From: Pyrinomonadaceae bacterium
GTDB taxonomy: Bacteria; Acidobacteriota; Blastocatellia; Pyrinomonadales; Pyrinomonadaceae
Length of the DNA: 32,000 nucleotides
Assembly (NCBI GenBank): GCA_965247805.1
Contig: OZ252034.1
Location: forward strand, 3,372,192 to 3,404,191
Direction of reading: 5' to 3'
The stretch's first letter is position 1. Each line of letters opens with the position of its first letter. A program made the position numbers and the translations under genes. The notes beneath the pieces were generated by a model. That model saw only the letters and a program-made list of their open reading frames with translations, had not been told where the DNA came from and searched no databases. Shown in pieces: positions 1-8,556 of the stretch.

Positions 1-33
1 AGAAATTTAAGCCGCTTTTTTTATGTATTTAAG

Positions 34-108
34 GGCAGAAACCCGCGCGTGAGCAAGGGTGTTTCAAAGTGAGTATTTTGCACCCTTGCTCACGCGCGGG
101 TTTCTGCC
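34..108. repeat. Palindromic element A, copy 1 (28-bp perfect inverted repeat arms 34-61 / 81-108, 19-nt loop)
   Basis: GGCAGAAACCCGCGCGTGAGCAAGGGTG ... CACCCTTGCTCACGCGCGGGTTTCTGCC; a second copy lies at 18698-18775. Confidence 0.95.
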
Positions 109-740
109 TCAATTTCCCAATCTTTGATCAATTCATAAACCAAACTGACCGGCAAACCGACGACGTTCCAGTAATCGCCTTCGATTTTTTCAATAAACAA
201 AGCGGCTTGCGCTTGAACTGCATAAGCACCGGCTTTGTCGAGAGGTTCGCCTTTTTCGGCGAGAAAATTAATTTCCGCGTCAGACATTTCGACGAATTTA
301 ACGCGAGTTTTTTGAATTCCAACAACTGATCTAAATTTAGAAGTTAAACCATCCGCTGCCGCAGATGGTTCTGACTTGATGATTGCCACGCCGGTTAAGA
401 CTTCGTGCCAATTGCCAGAAAGCGTTTTTAACATTCGTTTAGCGTCGGTTAAATCCGCCGGTTTGCCGAGAATTTGACTGTCAATAACGACGGTTGTATC
501 AGCACCTAAAACAATTGCGTCCGAATATTTTGCGGCGACGGTTTCGGCTTTTTCGCGGGCTAATCTTTGGACGTAATCTTCCGGTTTTTCGCCCGGAAAT
601 TCGGTTTCGTCAATGTCGGCGGAGTCTTTGGTAAATTCCCATCCGACCGAAGTCAAAATTTCGGCGCGGCGCGGACTGCCCGAAGCGAGAATCAATTTTG
701 GAAGTTTCATAATTTCGTGGTTTAATTTTAGATGTCGCAA
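90..740 (-). CDS. maf: Maf family nucleotide pyrophosphatase
   Basis: [15 protein letters not shown]-terminus, [36 protein letters not shown] and VVGLPV motifs characteristic of Maf proteins. Confidence 0.93.
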   Translation of the reverse strand: MRHLKLNHEIMKLPKLILASGSPRRAEILTSVGWEFTKDSADIDETEFPGEKPEDYVQRLAREKAETVAAKYSDAIVLGADTTVVIDSQILGKPADLTDAKRMLKTLSGNWHEVLTGVAIIKSEPSAAADGLTSKFRSVVGIQKTRVKFVEMSDAEINFLAEKGEPLDKAGAYAVQAQAALFIEKIEGDYWNVVGLPVSLVYELIKDWEIEAETRA

Positions 741-787
741 GCATTTAGATTACAACGAACATTGAACGACCGACAAACGACCGGATT

Positions 788-1267
788 ATGAATGAATTGT
801 TTCGCGCATTGCCGGCGCTGATTAAACAATTTGACGACAACGAAAACGTGCGCGAAGCGGTGACGTTTGCCGCGTGGCGCAAGATTGCGGGCGAATCTCT
901 GTCGCCGCACGCGATTCCGCTGAACTTAAATCAAAAACATCTGACGATTGCCGTTTCGAGCGAAATGTGGAAAAAACATCTGCAAAGTCTGAGCGGGCAG
1001 ATGATTTTCAAAATAAATTCGGTGTTGGGGCAGGCAATCGTGACGTTTATCGAATTTCGCGTGGACGAAAAAACGATTGAAACCGCCCGCGCCAAAAACA
1101 ACAAACCGACGCTTTCCGACGAAGAATTAGAGGAACTCGCGCTCAACGAAGTCACACCGAAAATGCGCCGTGCGGCTGATTCAATTAAAGATGACAATCT
1201 GCGCTACCAATTTTTACTGGCGGCGGGAAGCTGTTTGGCGCGGAAGAAGAACTTTTTAAAGAAATAA
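788..1267 (+). CDS. DUF721 domain-containing (DciA-like) protein
   Basis: WRKIAGESLSPHAIPLNLNQKHLTIAVSSEMWKKHLQSLSGQMIFKINSVLG pattern typical of DUF721. Confidence 0.75.
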   Translation: MNELFRALPALIKQFDDNENVREAVTFAAWRKIAGESLSPHAIPLNLNQKHLTIAVSSEMWKKHLQSLSGQMIFKINSVLGQAIVTFIEFRVDEKTIETARAKNNKPTLSDEELEELALNEVTPKMRRAADSIKDDNLRYQFLLAAGSCLARKKNFLKK

Positions 1268-1269
1268 TT

Positions 1270-1551
1270 ATGGACGTTAGAGAAGTAGCAAAACTGGCAC
1301 ATCTTGAAATTTCGGACGAAGAAGTCGCGCTTTACACGCCGCAGATGGCGAATATTGTCGCGTATGTCGAGCAGTTAAACGAACTCGATATTTCAAACGT
1401 CGAACCGATGCTCGGCGGATTAACGGCGGAAGGCGAAGCGACGAACACGCGCCGCGAAGACGTTCCGCACGAATCTTTGGGACAGAAAAACGCGCTCAAA
1501 GAAGCTCCGTCGGCAGTCGAAGGACATTTCCAAGTTCCGAAAGTTTTATGA
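1270..1551 (+). CDS. gatC: Asp-tRNA(Asn)/Glu-tRNA(Gln) amidotransferase subunit C
   Basis: VAKLAHLEISDEEVALYTPQMANIVAYVEQLNELD...VEPM and C-terminal FQVPKVL; upstream of gatA. Confidence 0.93.
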   Translation: MDVREVAKLAHLEISDEEVALYTPQMANIVAYVEQLNELDISNVEPMLGGLTAEGEATNTRREDVPHESLGQKNALKEAPSAVEGHFQVPKVL

Positions 1552-2015
1552 AAATAATGATGAACGGTCAATGGTTAATGGTTAATTGGCGAAAGTCTTC
1601 TGGTTTTTGCCTTTTGTCTTTTGCCTTTTGTCTTGCTTCGTGTGGAAGCGTTCCGAATCTGGAAGAGCCGCAATGCACTGATTCGCGGCTGGTCGTGAAG
1701 GAATTTTATTCGTATCATTTCGGCAACGATATGAAATTTTCGCCGGAGAATCTGAAACCGTTGGAGAAATTTATCACGCCGGAATATTTCCGGTCTTTGC
1801 AGAGTTTGCAGACGGAAAACGATATTTTCACGACGAATAATATGGATTTTCCAAAAACATTTCGCGTCGGCAAATGCGAAATTGTCGAACCGGCGAAAAC
1901 AAATATGCAGGTTTTGCTGCTTTGGAAAGACGATACGCGAACCGAACAAAAATCAATTAACGTCGAAGTCATTAAACAAAACGACAAATGGCTGATTAAT
2001 AAAATTTTGAACTAA
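1548..2015 (+). CDS. Hypothetical lipoprotein
   Basis: ATGA overlap with gatC stop; hydrophobic stretch with lipobox-like LASC; uninterrupted ORF between gatC and gatA. Confidence 0.7.
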   Translation: MKIMMNGQWLMVNWRKSSGFCLLSFAFCLASCGSVPNLEEPQCTDSRLVVKEFYSYHFGNDMKFSPENLKPLEKFITPEYFRSLQSLQTENDIFTTNNMDFPKTFRVGKCEIVEPAKTNMQVLLLWKDDTRTEQKSINVEVIKQNDKWLINKILN

Positions 2016-2018
2016 ATT

Positions 2019-3413
2019 ATGTCAATTCGAGAAAACATCGAAAAAACTTTAGATAACGCCGAAAAATTGAACAGCGAATTGAACTCATTTCTGTCAATCG
2101 AGCGCGAATATGCGGCGCAGCGTGCGGACGAAGTGGAAAAAGATTCGGGCGAAAAATCTCTGCGCGGTATGGCGATTGCGCTCAAAGACAACATTTGCAC
2201 AAAGGATTTGCAGACGACTTGCGGCTCGCGGATTCTCAATAATTACAAGGCGCAATACGATGCAACCGCCGCGAAAAAATTAAATGACGCAGGCGCGATT
2301 ATTGTCGGGAAGACGAATATGGACGAATTTGCGATGGGTTCGTCAAACGAATCTTCGGCGTTTGGCAATGTCAAAAATCCGTGGGATTTGGAGCGCGTTC
2401 CGGGCGGAAGTTCGGGCGGTTCTGCCGTCGCGGTTGCGTCGGGCGTGGTTCGTGCAAGTTTGGGTTCGGAAACCGGCGGTTCGGTTCGGCAGCCCGCGTC
2501 TCTGTGCGGTGTCGTCGGACTCAAACCGACTTACGGGCGAATTTCGCGTTTCGGGCTGGTTGCATTTGCTTCGTCGCTCGATAATATCGGGATTTTCGGT
2601 CAAACGTCGAAAGATGTCGCCGACGTTTTGGGCGTGATCGCCGGACGCGACGCGAACGATTCGACGACGGCTGACGTTGCTGTTCCGAATTACCACGAAA
2701 CTTTGAATAATGACATAAAAGGCAAAAAAATCGGTGTTCCGCGTGAATTATTCGGTGAAGGTCTGCAAGAGGAGGTGAGTGAAGCGGTTGAAAAATCTAT
2801 CGAAAATTACCGCTCGCTTGGTGCTGAAATCGTTGATGTCGAATTGCCCTACGCGAAATACGGCATCGCGGTTTATTACATTATTGCAACGGCTGAGGCT
2901 TCGTCAAATCTGGCGCGTTTCGACGGTGTGCGCTACGGTTTTCGGACGGAAGGCGCACACAGTTTGCGCGAAAATTATTTCAAAACCCGTGAAGAAGGGT
3001 TCGGCGCGGAAGTCAAACGCCGCATTATGCTTGGAACTTACGTTTTATCGAGCGGTTATTACGACGCTTATTACTCAAAAGCGCAAAAGGTTCGCGCCCT
3101 CGTCAAACGCGATTATCAAACGGCTTTTGAAAAATGCGATGCGATTCTGACACCGACTTCGCCAACGACCGCCTTTAAAATCGGTGAAAAATCAGACGAT
3201 CCGCTGGCGATGTATTTGAATGACGTTTACACGGTTTCGGCAAACTTGGCGGGCGTTCCGGGCATTTCGATTCCCTGCGGATTATCAGGCGAAGGATTGC
3301 CAATCGGCACACAGCTTGTCGGCAATTTCTGGTCGGAAGGCGTTTTGCTGAATCTCGCTAATATCTACGAAAAAGAATTTCCGCTCGGCGCAAAACCGAA
3401 AGTTTTTGTGTAA
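2019..3413 (+). CDS. gatA: Asp-tRNA(Asn)/Glu-tRNA(Gln) amidotransferase subunit A
   Basis: Amidase signature [60 protein letters not shown]. Confidence 0.97.
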   Translation: MSIRENIEKTLDNAEKLNSELNSFLSIEREYAAQRADEVEKDSGEKSLRGMAIALKDNICTKDLQTTCGSRILNNYKAQYDATAAKKLNDAGAIIVGKTNMDEFAMGSSNESSAFGNVKNPWDLERVPGGSSGGSAVAVASGVVRASLGSETGGSVRQPASLCGVVGLKPTYGRISRFGLVAFASSLDNIGIFGQTSKDVADVLGVIAGRDANDSTTADVAVPNYHETLNNDIKGKKIGVPRELFGEGLQEEVSEAVEKSIENYRSLGAEIVDVELPYAKYGIAVYYIIATAEASSNLARFDGVRYGFRTEGAHSLRENYFKTREEGFGAEVKRRIMLGTYVLSSGYYDAYYSKAQKVRALVKRDYQTAFEKCDAILTPTSPTTAFKIGEKSDDPLAMYLNDVYTVSANLAGVPGISIPCGLSGEGLPIGTQLVGNFWSEGVLLNLANIYEKEFPLGAKPKVFV

Positions 3414-3416
3414 TTC

Positions 3417-3537
3417 AAGTCAGAACAGTGAGCGGTAGCGACCTGTTGATCGCGGCTTTTAAAGTATCCGTTAATTGTTTAATTGAGAATACAGATTGAA
3501 AAGATTAACAGGTCGCTACCGCTCGCTGTTCTGACTT
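3417..3537. repeat. Long inverted repeat, GAGCGGTAGCGA family copy 1 (31-bp arms 3417-3447 / 3507-3537, one mismatch)
   Basis: AAGTCAGAACAGTGAGCGGTAGCGACCTGTT ... AACAGGTCGCTACCGCTCGCTGTTCTGACTT; lies between convergent gatA and the GGDEF-EAL gene. Confidence 0.92.
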
Positions 3538-3539
3538 TT

Positions 3540-5762
3540 TCAGTTCGCTAATCTCAAGTATGAAAATTCGCGGTTTTGAGCAATTATCGTCGGATTATTG
3601 TTCGGGATAATGTTTTGCCAGCGTTGGCTGTCGTCCACGATGATCTGCGCTTCTTCAACCGGCACGGGACGCGAGAAAAGATAGCCTTGCCCATTGTCAC
3701 AACCTAAAATTCTTAGTTGGTGAAGCTGATGAATCGTCTCGATGCCTTCGGCGACGACATCCAGATTCAAGGTTTTCGCCAGCGCGATAATCGTGCGGAC
3801 AATCTCGCCGTTTTCGCTGCCGTCTTCCATCGAACTGACGAACGAACGATCAACTTTGAGCGTGTCAATCGGAAAGCGGTGCAGATAACTCAAGGAAGAG
3901 TAACCCGTCCCGAAATCGTCTATCGAAAGTTTGATGCCGAGTGCGCGAATGTTTTTGAGCATCGTAATCGTGTTTTCGGCGTTTTCCATAATTGCGCTTT
4001 CCGTAATTTCCATTTTCAGACACGCCGGATTGACTTGCGTTTCGACGAGAATTTTGCGAATTTGCTCGACTAAATCCGGCTGGGCAAAATGTTTGCCCGA
4101 AAGATTGACGCTCATTATTAAATTTTTATTGAGCGGGGAACGAGCTTGCCATTTGACTAATTGTTCGCAGGTTTTTCGCAAAATCCAGAGTGTCAAAGGC
4201 ACGATCAAACCCGTGTCTTCCGCAACCGGAATAAATTCAATTGGCGCAACAATTCCGCGCTGCGGATGATTCCAACGCATCAACGCTTCAAATCCCATCA
4301 AACTCATCGTTGCCAGATCAATCATCGGCTGGTAATAAACGAGCAGTTCGTCACGTTCGACGGCGTGGCGTAAATCCGTTTCCATTTGCAGCAGATTGAC
4401 GGCGCGAAGGTGCATTGTTTGATCAAAAACAACGTAATCTTTGCTATTTTTCTTTGCCGAATACATTGCAATATCGGCATCACGCAAAATCTCTTCAGCG
4501 TCTTTATAAGTCTGACTGTTAAGCGCGATACCGATGCTGAAATTTGTAAAAACCTGTCTTCCGTTAACCGAAAACGGTGCGGCAACCTTGCGCCTGATTA
4601 AGTCGGCGACCTGCACTGCATCGTCGCTCATCTCGATATTGTTTAAGATAACGGCAAATTCGTCACCGCCGAACCGCGCTACCAAACCGCCTTTCTGCAT
4701 TATTGATGACAGACGCTTGGCAACTTGCAGAATCAGACGGTCGCCCGCCGTATGTCCGAGACTGTCGTTAATTGTTTTGAAGCGGTTGAGGTCCAAAAAT
4801 AATATGGCAAATTTCGTATTCGGTTTTTGCTGCGATGTTTCCAACAAAGATTTGAGTGATTCGATAAAAAAATTGCGATTCGGAAGTCCGGTCAAACTGT
4901 CGTGATAAGCGGCGTGGCGAAAAAGTTCGCGGCTCTCTCTAAGTGCGAGTCCGGTTTTTTCCTGATCGGTGATGTAATGCTGAAGTTCGATGATGTGATT
5001 TTCGGCTTCTTCAGCGCGTTCGCGTTCGGACTGCTCGGCTTTCGCGGCGGTTTCCTTAATGTCGTTCAAATAGTGGCGGTAAGTCGAATAGATTATTGCC
5101 GAAATTGCAAATGTCGCCATCACCAGAAAAGGGTCAACCCGCTGAAAGGATTTAATGACAAGTCCGGCACACGATGCTCCGGCAACATAAAAAATCAACG
5201 TATTGAAACAGTTTTTATACCAGATTTTCCAGAACGATTTACTGTCTTCGGCGCAGATCAGCGAAACGACCAGTGAATTCATTAAAAACTGTGCGACCGC
5301 CATTACGCAGAGCATTTTGACAAAATTCGTCGGTGTTCCGTTAGCAGTTACATCGCCGATAGAATCGAATATATGTCTGAGAATAAATACAGTTACAAAA
5401 GTCGTGACCGCTGAAATCGCACCGTTTAAAAACAATGTCTTTGTACGAAAATGAACACCTTTTCGCTTTAGATTTAACGAATTAAAAATTGATTCGAGAA
5501 CGGCGAGAACAATTCCGACTTCGCCGCCGTAAGTCAGCAGCGCGATAAAAACCAATGTGTCTGAAACCGTTAAATAGAGATTTGTGCGCGGAATCTGAAT
5601 TTGCAGATAAGAACTAAAAAATACCGTAAATATTGTAAATGCGATTAATCCGCTATCAAATTGGCTGAAAGGAATCTGGAATGCGGAGTGTCCGAAAATC
5701 AATAGTCCGACGGCTAAAGTGATCCAGGTTGGGAGTTCGATTGTTTTCGCCTTTTTCGTCAT
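3540..5762 (-). CDS. Membrane-anchored GGDEF-EAL protein (diguanylate cyclase/phosphodiesterase), paralog 1
   Basis: Hydrophobic N-terminal region, coiled linker, RFGGDEFAVIL (GGDEF), FEALMRW (EAL), DDFGTGYSSLSYL and VVAEGIET motifs. Confidence 0.95.
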   Translation of the reverse strand: MTKKAKTIELPTWITLAVGLLIFGHSAFQIPFSQFDSGLIAFTIFTVFFSSYLQIQIPRTNLYLTVSDTLVFIALLTYGGEVGIVLAVLESIFNSLNLKRKGVHFRTKTLFLNGAISAVTTFVTVFILRHIFDSIGDVTANGTPTNFVKMLCVMAVAQFLMNSLVVSLICAEDSKSFWKIWYKNCFNTLIFYVAGASCAGLVIKSFQRVDPFLVMATFAISAIIYSTYRHYLNDIKETAAKAEQSERERAEEAENHIIELQHYITDQEKTGLALRESRELFRHAAYHDSLTGLPNRNFFIESLKSLLETSQQKPNTKFAILFLDLNRFKTINDSLGHTAGDRLILQVAKRLSSIMQKGGLVARFGGDEFAVILNNIEMSDDAVQVADLIRRKVAAPFSVNGRQVFTNFSIGIALNSQTYKDAEEILRDADIAMYSAKKNSKDYVVFDQTMHLRAVNLLQMETDLRHAVERDELLVYYQPMIDLATMSLMGFEALMRWNHPQRGIVAPIEFIPVAEDTGLIVPLTLWILRKTCEQLVKWQARSPLNKNLIMSVNLSGKHFAQPDLVEQIRKILVETQVNPACLKMEITESAIMENAENTITMLKNIRALGIKLSIDDFGTGYSSLSYLHRFPIDTLKVDRSFVSSMEDGSENGEIVRTIIALAKTLNLDVVAEGIETIHQLHQLRILGCDNGQGYLFSRPVPVEEAQIIVDDSQRWQNIIPNNNPTIIAQNREFSYLRLAN

Positions 5763-6056
5763 TATTAACCCTTGTTATGAAGTCAAAAGTCCGGCTGTCA
5801 AAAATTATTTTTTGTTAAATGCTTTTTAATCTTTTGATATTGCTGAGATTCTCCGGCTCAGAGTGCGATGGTCATACTTATATCAGCAATTTTCGTGCCA
5901 TTTAAGACAGTCAACTTTAACATCTTGATTAAAAAACATTTATAAAATTTTCGCGGCTGACTAAGATTGTGAACCTTTCGCAAATTTACGGACAATTCAT
6001 TCAAAATGACCGAATTTTTATTAATTTGACCTGAAATGAAAATGACCTTCGGAGAA

Positions 6057-8282
6057 TTATTTAGCCAACCGAAGGTGTGTAAATTCGCGGTTTTGTGCGA
6101 GCGTCGCCGGATTATTGTTCGGAATAACATTTTGCCAGCGCATTTTATCTTCGACAATAAGCTGCGCTTCTTCAACCGGCACGGGACGCGAGAAAAGATA
6201 GCCTTGCCCGTATTCGCAGCCGAGAATTCTTAGTTGGTGAAGCTGATGAATCGTCTCGATGCCTTCGGCGACGACATCCAGATTCAAGGTTTTCGCCAGC
6301 GCGATAATCGTGCGGACAATCTCGCCGTTTTCGCTGCCGTCTTCCATCGAACTGACAAATGAACGGTCAACTTTAAGCGTGTCAATCGGAAAGCGGTGCA
6401 GATAACTCAAGGAAGAGTAACCCGTCCCGAAATCGTCTATCGAAAGCTGTACACCGATTTGTTTGAGACGCTTGAGCATCGAAATCGCCTGTTCAGGATT
6501 GTCCATCACCGCACTTTCCGTAATTTCCAGTTTCAAACATTGCGGCGGCATTTCGGTTTTAATCGTGATTTCCTGAATTCGTTCGACGAGATCGCTGTGA
6601 ACAAAATGTTTGCCCGAAAGATTAACGCTCAGGAATAAAGGCTTTTGTGCCGGATCAAGTCTTTGCAGACGAACGATTTCACGACAAGATTCTTCTAAAA
6701 TCCAATAAGTAATCGCCACGACTAGCCCGGTTTCTTCGGCGACGGGAATAAATTCACTCGGCGGAATCAAACCTCTCTGCGGATGATTCCAGCGAATCAG
6801 AGTTTCAAACCCGTTCAATTCCATTGTGTCGAGCGCGATGATCGGCTGGTAGAATGCACAGAGTTCGCGGCGTTCGATAGCGTAGCGCAAATCGGTTTCG
6901 ATTTGAAGCAGTGTGACGGCGCGAGTGTGCATCGTTTGATTGAAAATCTCGTAGTTTCGCTTGTTGTCCTTAGCGTAATACATCGCAATATCGGCATCGC
7001 GCAGGACTTCTTCGGCTTCGCCATAATTGATGTTGCCAAACGAAATGCCGATGCTCGTATTGATAAAAACTTCCCTGCCGCCGATGTTGAACGGTGAAGA
7101 AAATTTGTAGTTGATGAGTTGCGCGAAACTGACGACATCATCGGTATTTTTGACGTTAGTCAGAATAATCCCAAATTCGTCACCGCCGAAACGTGCCAGT
7201 AAATCTTCGTCCTTAATTAATTCATTCAATCTTTTACCGACGCATTGAATCAGATTATTGCCGATAGAATGTCCGAGACTTTCATTGACGGTCTTGAAGC
7301 GGTTAAGGTCTAAAAACAGCACCGCAAAATTGAACGCGGGATTTTGTTTGTGCTTTTCGAGTTGAAATTTGAGTGTTTCGATAAATGAGTTGCGGTTCGG
7401 CAGTCCGGTCAAATTATCGTGAAAAGCGGCGTGACGAAAACGGTCTTTGCTGACGCGTAAGGCATCGCTGATTTTATTTTGATCGGTAATATGCCGCTGA
7501 AGTTCGACGATGTGATTTTCAGCTTGTTCGGCGCGGTCGCGTTCGGCTTGTTCGGCTTTCGCAGCGGTTTCCCGCATATCGTTAATGTAACGCTTGTAGG
7601 TCATACAGATCAACCCGAAAATTCCGACGACGATGGCGAATAAAAATAAATTGACCTGTGTCAGAGCCTTGACTGCGGCACCCGCAAGAAAGGCGGCGAC
7701 AAAAAACATTAACAGCGCACTTAGTGAATACTCAGCCCAAACACGCAAGACAGTTTTTTCCGATTTAATGGCACTGTAAGCCGTGATTCCAACTGAAGTA
7801 ACGGCAAACTGTAGGCTTGCCATTACAATCAACAGCAATACTAATCGCGTATTATTACCGGTTTCAAGCACGGTATCTACCGAGTTGAACAGATACGCGA
7901 TGACAAACGCCGTCGCGTATGTTGCAGTCGCTGCGACAAAAACATTTGAAAGAATAGTTTTTGTCTTTATTTCAATTGACTGCCGACGGATACTCAGCGA
8001 AGCATAAAGTGACTCTAAAGCCGCTAACAAAACTGCGACTTGTACGCCGTAAACTAATAGTGAAAGAAAAATCAGTGCATCGGAAATTGTGATATGAATC
8101 TCAGTGCGCGGCAATTTGATGCGTAAATACGAACTCAAAAAAATCGTTACAACGGAAAATGCAATCAGCCCGTCATCAATTTTCCCGACCGGAAATCGGT
8201 AAATCGCCCAACCTGACACGGTTAGTCCAATCGGTAAAACAACCGACAAATACAGATTAATATTTCTTTCTTTTTTCTCCAC
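6057..8282 (-). CDS. Membrane-anchored GGDEF-EAL protein, paralog 2 (EAL motif reads ETL)
   Basis: Same architecture as 3540-5762; RFGGDEFGIIL, FETLIRW, DDFGTGYSSLSYL, VVAEGIET. Confidence 0.94.
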   Translation of the reverse strand: MEKKERNINLYLSVVLPIGLTVSGWAIYRFPVGKIDDGLIAFSVVTIFLSSYLRIKLPRTEIHITISDALIFLSLLVYGVQVAVLLAALESLYASLSIRRQSIEIKTKTILSNVFVAATATYATAFVIAYLFNSVDTVLETGNNTRLVLLLIVMASLQFAVTSVGITAYSAIKSEKTVLRVWAEYSLSALLMFFVAAFLAGAAVKALTQVNLFLFAIVVGIFGLICMTYKRYINDMRETAAKAEQAERDRAEQAENHIVELQRHITDQNKISDALRVSKDRFRHAAFHDNLTGLPNRNSFIETLKFQLEKHKQNPAFNFAVLFLDLNRFKTVNESLGHSIGNNLIQCVGKRLNELIKDEDLLARFGGDEFGIILTNVKNTDDVVSFAQLINYKFSSPFNIGGREVFINTSIGISFGNINYGEAEEVLRDADIAMYYAKDNKRNYEIFNQTMHTRAVTLLQIETDLRYAIERRELCAFYQPIIALDTMELNGFETLIRWNHPQRGLIPPSEFIPVAEETGLVVAITYWILEESCREIVRLQRLDPAQKPLFLSVNLSGKHFVHSDLVERIQEITIKTEMPPQCLKLEITESAVMDNPEQAISMLKRLKQIGVQLSIDDFGTGYSSLSYLHRFPIDTLKVDRSFVSSMEDGSENGEIVRTIIALAKTLNLDVVAEGIETIHQLHQLRILGCEYGQGYLFSRPVPVEEAQLIVEDKMRWQNVIPNNNPATLAQNREFTHLRLAK

Positions 8283-8500
8283 TCAGTTAGTCGGAAAACA
8301 GTAGAACTTATTCAGACGTAGTTTAATTATCTAACGTAAAAAGGAAGCGCAGCTTGAAGGGCAGTATTAAGCCACCTAGTATTATATGCTAAAAGTCGTA
8401 AAATATCCAAGAAATTTATTATCACCGTGTTTACTGGGATTTTCGGCAATAAAGAGCAAAAATCCGCAAACGTGCAAGAGTGTATTTTTTTAATTCACAT

Positions 8501-8534
8501 AAAAAAGCGGCGGAAAATATTTTCCGCCGCTTTT
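8501..8534 (-). terminator. Intrinsic terminator of the S9 peptidase gene
   Basis: Perfect 15-bp stem AAAAGCGGCGGAAAA-TA-TTTTCCGCCGCTTTT, with a T-tract on the minus strand just downstream of the 8557-10686 stop. Confidence 0.85.
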
Positions 8535-8556
8535 ATTATTTTTAATGCTAAAAGTT

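Noticed and set aside
69-329. Plus-strand ORF 69-329 (86 aa)
   Set aside because: Antisense to maf and starting in the palindrome loop; no support as a gene.
8341-8500. Possible small RNA or element in the spacer before the S9 peptidase terminator
   Set aside because: No convincing inverted repeat, promoter/terminator pair or repeat was seen apart from the terminator at 8501-8534.
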